Position numbers and translations under genes: made by a program. A stretch of DNA of 64,000 nt from a virus (taxonomy: Duplodnaviria > Caudoviricetes): IMG/VR virus record IMGVR_UViG_3300024351_000013; one strand, written 5' to 3'. Positions 55,901 to 64,000 of this stretch are shown piece by piece. The number at the start of each line of letters is the position of its first letter. Position 1 is the first letter of the stretch. The notes beneath the pieces were generated by a model. It was not told where the DNA came from. It worked only from the letters and a program-made list of their open reading frames with translations, and made no database searches.

Positions 55901-58900
55901 CAAAGAAGATATTATTAGATCCTTGATTATTACTTCCTGCACTCTCACCAATAAAGGTATTGTAAGAACCATCAGTATTATTATATCCTGATTGAGGACC
56001 TATAAAGATATTAGAAGTTCCTCCAGCATTATTATATCCCGCATTAGGGCCAATAAATGTACTGTAATCACCACCATTATTAGCATTTCCTGCAGAAGGT
56101 CCAATAAAGGTATTGTAATAACCACCAGTATTATTATATCCTACTTCATAACCCATAAATGCATTGTAAGAACCACCAGTATTAGCATATCCTGCAGAAG
56201 GTCCAATAAAGGTATTGTAATCACCGCCATAGTTATTATATCCTGCACGCTCACCAATAAAGGTATTGTTAAATCCACCATTATTATAAACTCCCGCCCA
56301 TCTACCTATAATGATATTGTAAAATCCATCAGTGTTATCATATCCTGCACCAGGGCCAATAACGGTATTGCTATATCCACCAGTATTAGAAAATCCTGCA
56401 GAACCCCCCATAAAGATATTGCCATTTCCACCATAGTTATTATATCCTGCACGCTCACCAATAAAGGTATTGTAATCACCGCCACTGTCATTAAGTCCTA
56501 CTTCATACCCCAAAAATATATTTTTATTACCTCTATTAGATGTGTCATATAATGTAGTTTTATCCGCTCCGGTAAGGAATATATTATATTTTGCAGAAAC
56601 ATCATCATTAAATTTTAATACTTCATTAATATTAAGATGATAAGAACTATCACCATAAATCCAAGCAGTATTTCCTGAACCAATAACTAACCTATTATTG
56701 TCACTATAACCAACCAAGGCAGGAACTACACCAGGTGTTCCTGATGGTCCTGATGGTCCAATAAGAACATTACCAGTACCATCAGTTAAATAACGTCCTG
56801 CTTCTGTTCCTATAAGAATATTATCGGTCCCACCTGAAATATTTTCACCAGTTATATTATTACCAATTTTTATATTACTACCTGTAAATCCAAGAACACC
56901 ATTAAGTTCAAGTTTTGTTTGTGGATTTGTAGTTCCTATACCAACATTTCCATTTAATCTATAGATATTATCACCAGTTCCAGCAGTCCACCTTGATGCT
57001 ACAAATGGACTTCCGTTTTGATAGAAAGTTCCACTAAAATCAATATCACCACTAACATCAAGTTTATTATCGCTAACTTGAATTGCACCAGCAGCAAGTC
57101 TTACTCCATTAGGAACTTGAGTAGAACCAATACCAACGCCATAGTTAAACAACCAAGCATCAGTAATACCAGCGCCAATATCACCACCCCTAAACCACAT
57201 AATTTTCTTATATGTGTCTGGGTTGGTTTCTCCACCAATCGCAAGACTTACAAGTGGAGTTCCTTCAGTTGATGCAATTGCAATACCACCATGACTCGCT
57301 GTTGCATCGCTTGGTGAGAATGAAGTACCAATACCAAGAACAATGTCAGCATCAACTACTGTAAGTTGTTGAGTGTTGAGTTGTGCTGATGTTCCGCCAA
57401 TTGTAATACTTCCATCAACATTTAAATTGCCGTTGATATCAGTATTGTTGAGAACAGTTAGTGTATGAGTAACTAATTCTGTTCCATTAAAAGTGAGATT
57501 AGCAGAACCTGTTGGATTATTTGAACCATCTTTATAAACAACTTGATTTGCAGATCCTGCTACTGGACCGGAAATACCTTGCGATCCTGTTGTCCCTTGT
57601 AATCCCTGAGTACCCTGAAGTCCTTGAGTTCCTTGAGAACCTCCTAAACCTTGTAATCCCTGAAGTCCTTGAGTACCTTGAGTTCCTTGAGAACCTCCTA
57701 AACCTTGTAATCCCTGAAGTCCTTGAGTACCTTGAGTTCCTTGAGAACCTCCTAAACCTTGTAATCCCTGAAGTCCTTGGGTTCCTTGAGAACCTCCTAA
57801 ACCTTGTAATCCCTGAGTACCCTGAAGTCCTTGGACACCTTGAATACCTGCAGCAAATGGAGCAGTCCAACTTACTCCAGCACCAGTGGAGACAAGAATA
57901 GACCCAGCAGCACCTACATTTCCATAAATGTCTCTTAAAGAACCATCAAGTTCTACTAAACCAATAAAAGTAGATACGCCAGCTATTATTATATCACCCC
58001 TTACATCTAATTTTGATGTCGAACTTGAAGTTCCGATTCCAACATTACCAGTGGCACTAACAACAAAAGGAGTTGCATCTGGATTTGCTTCATCTTCAAC
58101 AACTAAAGCATTGCCAGAACCTGTTTGAGTGATTCTTAATGCATTTGAGGAACTATTAGCTGATATTGATGATGCATCAATTAAATTTACGCTATTGATT
58201 CTTATCGATGCTATTCCTGCAGATGGTTGGGTAACTGAAAAATTCTCATAAAAATCAAATGTTGTTGCAGTTCCATTTCCAACATTACTACCATCCTGTC
58301 TTATAAAAACAGCATCGAGTGTTCCTGCCCCAACATCAGTTACAGGTAACCAAGTCCATGAACCAGATGGACCTCCGGAAGATAAAACATAATTAGCACC
58401 TCCGGGATTATTATTAAAATCATAAATTCTTTCACTAATTTTTACTGAACCCTTAACATCTAAGTTTTGGGTGGGATTTGTGGTTCCTATACCAACATTT
58501 GAGAGAGTATGAATACCAGCATTTGTTGTGGACCATTTTGAAGCAGATACTCCGGATAATCCAGAACCATCTCCATAAAATTGGGATGCAGTTATGATTC
58601 CACTTGCATAAATGTTTGAGAAACTAACCGCTGTTCCTGTTGCAGTTACTCCTTTTTGCCCACTATAAACTGCCCCACTGATATAAACACTCTTTCCGGT
58701 AAAACTAACTCCATTGGGAAGATTTGTTCCAATGAAATTTAAAACTCCCGACTGATAATCAAAGAACCATTCGTCGTTATTACCAGAACCAGTAGCAAAT
58801 ACTTGAGTACCTGAAGCGGCAGCAGTAGCTGCATTTCCAGAGGTATGAATGTAAACTTTTATAAGATATGTTGAACCAATTTCTGGTGGAATCCAATCTG

Positions 58901-59180
58901 TTATATTTGTCTTCCAAGTCCTATTAGAAGATGCTGTAATATCTACAGTGCATTCAACGGGTAAGGATGTTGGATATAAGGTAACTATAGATGTGCTGCT
59001 ACCTGGAATAGTTGTTGGGATTAAATTTGCCTGGGTCCAAACAGTATCTCCCCTTATTAATAGAGGACTTGAAATAGATTCGTTTACGGCGTCCTTTACG
59101 GAAGAAGTATCCGTTTTAGTTCTACCGTAACCAAGTTTTTTCCAGAGATAATCAATCTTCTGATCGTTTGAGATAGTCAT
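52974..59180 (-). CDS. Long tail-fibre-like protein with collagen-like blocks, 14-aa repeats and a C-terminal S74 intramolecular chaperone
   Basis: Repeated GNVGIGTTNP shaft motifs, two Gly-X-Gln blocks, NxFIGxxAG repeats, SDRTQKTDI...GVIAQDIEKVLPE plus coiled-coil end. Confidence 0.88.
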   Translation of the reverse strand: MTISNDQKIDYLWKKLGYGRTKTDTSSVKDAVNESISSPLLIRGDTVWTQANLIPTTIPGSSTSIVTLYPTSLPVECTVDITASSNRTWKTNITDWIPPEIGSTYLIKVYIHTSGNAATAAASGTQVFATGSGNNDEWFFDYQSGVLNFIGTNLPNGVSFTGKSVYISGAVYSGQKGVTATGTAVSFSNIYASGIITASQFYGDGSGLSGVSASKWSTTNAGIHTLSNVGIGTTNPTQNLDVKGSVKISERIYDFNNNPGGANYVLSSGGPSGSWTWLPVTDVGAGTLDAVFIRQDGSNVGNGTATTFDFYENFSVTQPSAGIASIRINSVNLIDASSISANSSSNALRITQTGSGNALVVEDEANPDATPFVVSATGNVGIGTSSSTSKLDVRGDIIIAGVSTFIGLVELDGSLRDIYGNVGAAGSILVSTGAGVSWTAPFAAGIQGVQGLQGTQGLQGLGGSQGTQGLQGLQGLGGSQGTQGTQGLQGLQGLGGSQGTQGTQGLQGLQGLGGSQGTQGLQGTQGLQGTTGSQGISGPVAGSANQVVYKDGSNNPTGSANLTFNGTELVTHTLTVLNNTDINGNLNVDGSITIGGTSAQLNTQQLTVVDADIVLGIGTSFSPSDATASHGGIAIASTEGTPLVSLAIGGETNPDTYKKIMWFRGGDIGAGITDAWLFNYGVGIGSTQVPNGVRLAAGAIQVSDNKLDVSGDIDFSGTFYQNGSPFVASRWTAGTGDNIYRLNGNVGIGTTNPQTKLELNGVLGFTGSNIKIGNNITGENISGGTDNILIGTEAGRYLTDGTGNVLIGPSGPSGTPGVVPALVGYSDNNRLVIGSGNTAWIYGDSSYHLNINEVLKFNDDVSAKYNIFLTGADKTTLYDTSNRGNKNIFLGYEVGLNDSGGDYNTFIGERAGYNNYGGNGNIFMGGSAGFSNTGGYSNTVIGPGAGYDNTDGFYNIIIGRWAGVYNNGGFNNTFIGERAGYNNYGGDYNTFIGPSAGYANTGGSYNAFMGYEVGYNNTGGYYNTFIGPSAGNANNGGDYSTFIGPNAGYNNAGGTSNIFIGPQSGYNNTDGSYNTFIGESAGSNNQGSNNIFFGNNAGAANTSGTNNVAIGKFAGVYLSSGSNNVLIGPSDSYGPTSSPPIPDGSNQLVIGSGSTAWIYGNSSYNVGIGTTNPTTALQINGVLGFGIDQYGNTNIRIGDNTTGSSITDGFNNIFMGIGAGNYTTSGYSNQFLGGFAGNNNIDGGTNIFIGESAGYNNTSGSSNIFLNAFAGYNNINGNANNFLGVFAGEDNIDGYHNNFFGNRAGNSNKSGNYNIYLGPLSGISTAASRKIIIGSGGPGPDLFDSPNTTKDTQFAVGVRTDENPSKYWLVGDENFNIGIGTTNPTEKLDVGGNLRIRSGLNDFYNNVGAAGSILVSTGAGVSWTTPFAAGIQGTQGLQGLQGLQGLGGSQGTQGLQGLQGLGGSQGTQGLQGLQGLGGSQGTQGLQGLQGLGGSQGTQGLQGTQGLQGTQGTAGPVAGSANQVVYKDGSNDPTGSANLTFNGTSLFTNQLSVSGVSTFTNGPVLVGTATSTGTASQRLQVTGGAYVSGNTGIGTTNPLQNLHVLGNLLVAAGSSTGQHITQKAYELNSGTLSWEGSAGQLFSITNNLTSGSIFSVNDVSGIPSIDVNANGTVLLGPYGGNIGVGTTSTTSKLQVTGDTNITGVTTSLRFVSTVATGTAPLTVSSTTVVTNLNADLLDGKNTGTSGNTIPLLDGANTWSANQTFSSQIISTQANSTTTGGGQIYLNGNTGNRIDFNSNGVAAPTFTTRSAGTKILLYSGIGGATVDYAFGIESNTLWSSVPDSSSQFKWYAGTTSIATLSGAGVFTATSFSGSGASLTSLNASNLSTGTVPTGVLASGTANATTYLRGDQTWATISGGATLSNDTTTNATYYPTFANATSGTYSTAYVSSTKCTFNPSTGTLSATVFTSLSDRTQKTDIQPIKNALSLVTQLEGVRYKWKDENSQPSIGVIAQDIEKVLPEVVAENEDGLKSVSYGNIVGVLIEAIKEQQEQINILKEEIKSLKEKDFS
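54646..54900 (-). repeat. Collagen-like tandem repeat block B (~45-nt unit, QGTQGLQGLQGLGGS)
   Basis: Near-identical DNA units such as ccttgagttccttgagaacctcctaaaccttgtaatccctgaag. Confidence 0.9.
55230..56530 (-). repeat. Degenerate 14-aa (42-nt) repeats NxFIGxxAGxxNxx
   Basis: Recurring ccaataaaggtattgtaa; YNTFIGERAGYNNYGG and similar units. Confidence 0.85.
57580..57850 (-). repeat. Collagen-like tandem repeat block A
   Basis: Same units as block B, with the same flanks. Confidence 0.9.
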
Positions 59181-59181
59181 C

Positions 59182-62100
59182 TTATGCAGCAGCTCCTATA
59201 CTAAGACTTGATACTGATTGTCCAGATGTTAAGGCAATTCGAACAAGAACAACATTACCAGTAGCATTACTCATATTTTCACTTCCCAAAGTCATTGTAT
59301 ATCCACCACTGAGAGAAGTTGATGTGAGAATTCTATCCCCACTGGTGAAAGCACATCCATCAGAACCATTTCCACCAGATCCACTTCCAGGAACGCCAGA
59401 ACCTGCATAAGTTGTATCTGCTCTTAACCAACCATTTAATCCACTTGTAGTATCTATACTTGTTCCGGGTGCAGCAATCCAGAGACCCGAAATTCCAGAT
59501 GATGTAATATTAATATCAAAGTTAGCTACAGATTTTCTCCTGAAAGCAAAAGTGAAATACTGAGTTCCAGTATCGCCACTTCTGTTTGGACCAGTAGGTA
59601 GATATCCTGTCGAATAATCTGTTACATCATATTTTAATACGCCCAATCTTACTGTTGCTTCTTTTGTTCCAGCAACTCCTGGATCTGATGATTCACTATA
59701 TGGACTATTTGTATAAAAATTAGTGGCACCACTATAAGATGGAGTGTTTGTAGTTGCAGCATTAAAATCAAATATTCTCTTACCATTATCTGTATAAGTT
59801 CCATCTCCAAGTCCTGAAGGAACTGCTATAGAAATTTCAGATATCCCAGATTGAGCTGCAGTATGAACTTGAATATTAGTTGAAATATCACTTGTGTAAC
59901 TGGCAACTCCATTTACATTTCTTGCTCGAACTTTAACTCTATCAACAGTTCTTACACTTGAAGATGTGATGGGAACTGTTAGATTGCCAATTGCATATGG
60001 AGAAGAAGTACCCGTGTTTACTAAAGGTATTCCTCCGCTTAACATTGTTACTGCACCGTCAATCTGAGCATAAGTATAATCAGTATCATTTGTAGCCGCA
60101 CTTGAAGTTCCTTCTTGGTTTGTTCCAGTGTCAACCTCTACGATATTTGATTGATTGGTGTATGCTTGTCCGACAAGATTTGTAACAGTTACTCCGGATA
60201 ATGTAAGAGTTGGTGAACCTGTATTGTAATAAGGAATACCAGAAATATAGCGTTTTGTTCCTCCAGTTCCTTCCGATAAAGTCGCACCAGCAATACTCAC
60301 CGTTGGTGATGCAGTCATATCATCTTTTACAAATTCAACAATATTTGTATTTCCAGTGGAGCTATGAAGCAACTGCATACTATTAACGCCAGTGCTTAAA
60401 CTTGAAGCGGATTTGGAAACCTTTGCCTTGAATCCTTTATAAGCCCCAGGATAAAAAGTACTTGCTGCAAAAGTAACGGAAGATCCAGAAGAATTTAATA
60501 GTTGATAGTCGCTTTCTTCGGTAATTACCAAGCTCGTATAAGTTCCAGAGTCATCAGCATTTGTAAATGCTTTAGAACCATCTGCAGAACCATTTATGTT
60601 TGCCGTAAGAGTTCCACTACTTGCATTGTAAGCAAATGATGCAGTTGCTGTTGCTTCTGGAGTTCCATTAATTACACGATTGACATCATTTCCTGCAGAT
60701 AAAGTGGTTCCTCCAGTATTATCAGTAAATCCTGAGGCAAGTTTTGGACTTGTTCCAGTACTAGTAACATTCGATAATGTTTTGCTACTTAATCCATCTG
60801 GAGGAACTGGGGCATCATCATAAACTTTAAGTGCTACAGTACCAGTAGCGGGAATAACTGCTGGGTTTGCAGTATTATGTGCGTTTAAAGTTAATGTAAG
60901 TGTATCTGTAGTAGTTGAACTATTCGTTCCTTGACCCCAAGTGTGCTGTAATCTATTGGCACTAACTCCAGCTCCACCATCTGCTGAGTCACTTGCGATA
61001 GAATCATTAGATGATCCATCACCCCAATTCATTGTATAGTTGACGGTTGCACCACTAGTATTTGTTGTATTGTTATCTAAGTATAAAGATTGTCCTTCTA
61101 TAACATATAAGTCATTGCCTGAAAGAGCAGTTCCTCCACTAGAAGCTCTGTAAAGGGCAAATCCAACTACTGGATTTGGTGTATAAAGAGTAATGTAATC
61201 TGTCTTAGAAGTTGTAAATGAACTTCCTGCTCCAACTCCAGTATTATTTTTTGCGGTTAATGTGATTGAATATAATCCGCCACTTGAGTTAGTATATGTG
61301 TGTGGAATAGATGAAGAAGCATAATTAGAAGTTGTATTTCCATCGCCCCAATCAACATCATAACGATTGGCGTTTCCGGAACTTGTAACAGATAAAGTAA
61401 CTGAGAGTGGAGAACCTCCCGCAACTAAATTGGAAGAAAAGTCAACATTAGTAACTGCCGTATTTCTAATAATATTAAATGCCAGTTCATTTAGATCATC
61501 TATACCATTAACTATCTTAGTGCTTGTAGTGAATGTGTTTAATGCTCCTGATGATGTCAGACTCCCATCATCAGATGTGCCTAAAGTTAAATACCCACCA
61601 GTTCCTGAAAATGATGATGCAGTAACAATTCCTGAAATTTTTGCATTTCCAAGAACATCTAATTTTTCTGTTGGATTTGTGGTTCCAATTCCGACATTAG
61701 AAAGAGTGTTAATTCCAACATCACTAGTAACCCAGTTTGAACCAGAAACTCCTAATAATCCTGATCCATCTCCATAAAATTTATATGCAGTGACAATACC
61801 CGCAGCAAGGACTGCTGTATTTTCCGAAGTAACTCTATTATTCGGATTTATTGTACCTACTCCAACAGAACCTGTTGAAGTTATTACAAAAGGAGTTGCA
61901 TCTGGATTCGCTTCATCCTCTACTATAAAGGCGTTACCAGAACCAGTCTGAGTTACTCTTAATGCGTCAGAAGAGCTATTGACTGATATTGTAGTAACGC
62001 CAGTTACAGTTAAATCACTGAATACATTTGGTGAATTTGAGATTGCAGATTCAATCGTCGCTGTTGTTGTAGAGTCTAAAGAAACAATATTCTGAAGTTC

Positions 62101-62220
62101 TCTACCAGAACTAATAACTTGGGTATTCCCAATACTTATAGAACTTACCGTAGTTATCCCAGCATCTGTAATATTTCTACTATCATCAATGATAGTAGAA
62201 CCTTGAATCTTAATTGCCAT
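59182..62220 (-). CDS. Virion structural protein with PKD-like Ig domains
   Basis: YDVDWGDG and YTMNWGDG PKD motifs, S/T/G-rich; late promoter motif at 62254-62260. Confidence 0.8.
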   Translation of the reverse strand: MAIKIQGSTIIDDSRNITDAGITTVSSISIGNTQVISSGRELQNIVSLDSTTTATIESAISNSPNVFSDLTVTGVTTISVNSSSDALRVTQTGSGNAFIVEDEANPDATPFVITSTGSVGVGTINPNNRVTSENTAVLAAGIVTAYKFYGDGSGLLGVSGSNWVTSDVGINTLSNVGIGTTNPTEKLDVLGNAKISGIVTASSFSGTGGYLTLGTSDDGSLTSSGALNTFTTSTKIVNGIDDLNELAFNIIRNTAVTNVDFSSNLVAGGSPLSVTLSVTSSGNANRYDVDWGDGNTTSNYASSSIPHTYTNSSGGLYSITLTAKNNTGVGAGSSFTTSKTDYITLYTPNPVVGFALYRASSGGTALSGNDLYVIEGQSLYLDNNTTNTSGATVNYTMNWGDGSSNDSIASDSADGGAGVSANRLQHTWGQGTNSSTTTDTLTLTLNAHNTANPAVIPATGTVALKVYDDAPVPPDGLSSKTLSNVTSTGTSPKLASGFTDNTGGTTLSAGNDVNRVINGTPEATATASFAYNASSGTLTANINGSADGSKAFTNADDSGTYTSLVITEESDYQLLNSSGSSVTFAASTFYPGAYKGFKAKVSKSASSLSTGVNSMQLLHSSTGNTNIVEFVKDDMTASPTVSIAGATLSEGTGGTKRYISGIPYYNTGSPTLTLSGVTVTNLVGQAYTNQSNIVEVDTGTNQEGTSSAATNDTDYTYAQIDGAVTMLSGGIPLVNTGTSSPYAIGNLTVPITSSSVRTVDRVKVRARNVNGVASYTSDISTNIQVHTAAQSGISEISIAVPSGLGDGTYTDNGKRIFDFNAATTNTPSYSGATNFYTNSPYSESSDPGVAGTKEATVRLGVLKYDVTDYSTGYLPTGPNRSGDTGTQYFTFAFRRKSVANFDINITSSGISGLWIAAPGTSIDTTSGLNGWLRADTTYAGSGVPGSGSGGNGSDGCAFTSGDRILTSTSLSGGYTMTLGSENMSNATGNVVLVRIALTSGQSVSSLSIGAAA

Positions 62221-62267
62221 CTACCGTCCTCGTATACACTGGGTAGTTTTTATTATTTAGTTTATAA

Positions 62268-64000
62268 TTATGCATCCAAACTATTTAATCTATTTTTCAG
62301 AATATTTATTTCATTCTGTTGTTCTTTTACAACTTCAATCAATAATCCAATTAATCCATTATAATTAACAGTCTTTATAGATCCATTGCTAACAAGTTCA
62401 GGAATAACTTTTTCAACATCTTGTGCAATAACACCCATAGATGACTTTTTATTTTCTTTCCAATCAAATGTTACGCCATTCAATTGGAGTACTTTATCAA
62501 CCGGATTTTCTATCAGTTTTACATTTTCCTTCAAGTTAATGTCAGAGGCTGAATTATAATCTGTTGAAGTAATTACTCCAGATATAAATGTGTCTCCAAT
62601 AATATGAAGTTTTGATGTTGGAATCGCAGTCCCCACCCCAATATTTCCATTTAATCGATAAATGTTACTTGTTTCTATATTTGATGTATCTGAGTAAGTC
62701 CATTGCCCACCATCTATATTAATATCAATTGTTTTTGTTGCTGGATTATACGCGAAAGTATTTCCTGCACCAACAAAATTAAACGCTGTTAAAATACCAG
62801 TCGTTATGGTAACTCCACCTGATTGAATACCAATACCCTGAATTCCATCAGTTGCAGTTAAAATTCCGGTTACTATTGCATCACCAATAACATGAAGTTT
62901 TGATGATGGGTTTGTAATTGCTATTCCAACGGAACCAGTTGAAGTAACTACAAATGGAGTTGCATCTGGGTTTGTTTCATCTTCAACAACTAAAGCATTT
63001 CCAGAACCAGTTTGAGTGATTCTTAATGCATTAGAAGAACTATTAACTGATATTGTTGATATGCCAGAAATTGATAGTGCAGCACCCACTAAGTTGTGGA
63101 AAGTTCCTGTAGTACTATCAATATTGACTATAGTACCAATACCAGTATAATTAATATTTGTACCACTTAAATTAGTTACTGTTCCTGTGGTACTGTTTAA
63201 TGTTGTAATAGTACCAACACCACTTGAATTTATATTTGGTACTGTGAGTTGATTTGAATTTAGTAAATCAACCCCATTAATCTTGTAAGATTTGTTTGCA
63301 GCAAGATTTAAATTCTCACTTGACTTCAATGAAGAATTTGTGTAGTCATAAAGGAATGTAACTTCACTTCCTATACCAATGCCAGCACCATCAAGTAAAT
63401 TATTGTTAGGAACCGTTGTTGCAATACCGACAACAAAATCTGCAAGAGTTATTGTTTGAGAATTAACAATAAAATTGGTGCCATCTACATATAAATCACC
63501 CCTAATTCTTACACTTCCGCTGGTTACTCCTACCCCTACTGGGAGTGGATCAATTATAATTTCTGAAGGTCCACTAATGGTATTTGTAGTAAAACCAAGA
63601 TTTCCATTCCCAGTCGTAAATTCCGATGCTGTTATAATACCACTATAGTTAATATTACTTCCACTAAGATTAGTTACAGTTCCTGTAGTGCTGTTCAGAG
63701 TTACAATAGTACCGATACCACTATAATTGATATTAGTTCCTGTTAAGGTTGTAACCACACCAGTAACAATATTACCTGTAGTTGCATTTAAAGTTGATAA
63801 ATTGCCTACAGAGTAATCTATATTAGTTCCACTTAAAGTTGCAACAGTTCCAATGCCATTATAATTTACATTCGTACCATTGAGATTAGTTACTGTTCCA
63901 GTAGTACTGTTCAGTGTAGCAATAGTACCAACACCACTATAGTTAATATCAGTACCATTGAGATTAGTTACTGTTCCAGTAGTACTGTTCAGTGTAGCAA
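62268..64000 (-). CDS. Tail-fibre protein with C-terminal S74 chaperone, 5' end beyond the window
   Basis: The frame stays open to 64000 (ATLNSTTGTVTNLNGTDINYSGVGTI repeats); SDINLKENV...GVIAQDVEKVIPELV...VNYNGLIGLL. Confidence 0.88.
   Translation of the reverse strand, partial: ATLNSTTGTVTNLNGTDINYSGVGTIATLNSTTGTVTNLNGTNVNYNGIGTVATLSGTNIDYSVGNLSTLNATTGNIVTGVVTTLTGTNINYSGIGTIVTLNSTTGTVTNLSGSNINYSGIITASEFTTGNGNLGFTTNTISGPSEIIIDPLPVGVGVTSGSVRIRGDLYVDGTNFIVNSQTITLADFVVGIATTVPNNNLLDGAGIGIGSEVTFLYDYTNSSLKSSENLNLAANKSYKINGVDLLNSNQLTVPNINSSGVGTITTLNSTTGTVTNLSGTNINYTGIGTIVNIDSTTGTFHNLVGAALSISGISTISVNSSSNALRITQTGSGNALVVEDETNPDATPFVVTSTGSVGIAITNPSSKLHVIGDAIVTGILTATDGIQGIGIQSGGVTITTGILTAFNFVGAGNTFAYNPATKTIDINIDGGQWTYSDTSNIETSNIYRLNGNIGVGTAIPTSKLHIIGDTFISGVITSTDYNSASDINLKENVKLIENPVDKVLQLNGVTFDWKENKKSSMGVIAQDVEKVIPELVSNGSIKTVNYNGLIGLLIEVVKEQQNEINILKNRLNSLDA

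Noticed and set aside
54604-57901. Repetitive alternative-frame ORFs (SGITRFRRFSRN, LEFLENLLNLVIPE)
   Set aside because: Frame and strand shadows of the collagen-like repeats.
1-64000. tRNA genes, group I introns or inteins in gp17, gp20, gp23 or uvsW, and integrases
   Set aside because: No cloverleaf-like sequence seen by eye, and core genes are uninterrupted with expected lengths. A tRNAscan or Infernal run would be needed to exclude RNAs formally.

Overview
A 64-kb segment of a T4-like myovirus, most likely a cyanophage and possibly a freshwater one. This attribution rests on gene content, gene order and small conserved ORFs; no photosynthesis genes lie in the window. Every credible gene is on the minus strand. 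In + coordinates the window holds: (1) a replication/recombination block at 1-15.1 kb (dam, gp44, DenV-like glycosylase, gp45, cobS/cobT, gp46, gp47, gp55, uvsW, uvsY, gp3); (2) a free-standing GIY-YIG endonuclease; (3) the head/tail core at 15.6-28 kb (gp23, 22, 21, 20, 19, 18, 17); (4) a lysine-rich modular gene split by one in-frame TAA; (5) a ~17-kb island at 29.9-46.3 kb with many glycosyltransferase-like genes (three fused to TPR domains), an RfbH-type dehydrase, an epimerase, an FkbM methyltransferase, a sulfotransferase, two 2OG-Fe(II) oxygenases and a Cys-cluster protein; (6) three seven-bladed RCC1 propellers, one inside the island and two flanking a DUF4376-like gene; (7) LamG-domain genes and large tail-fibre/virion genes up to the window edge. 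T4-type late promoter motifs (ATAAATA/CTAAATA) precede the structural genes and parts of the island. The best candidate for an undescribed system is a late-expressed virion glyco-decoration and adhesin locus (29.9-53 kb). I found no tRNA, CRISPR array, integrase or reverse transcriptase. All family assignments come from motif recognition, not database searches.
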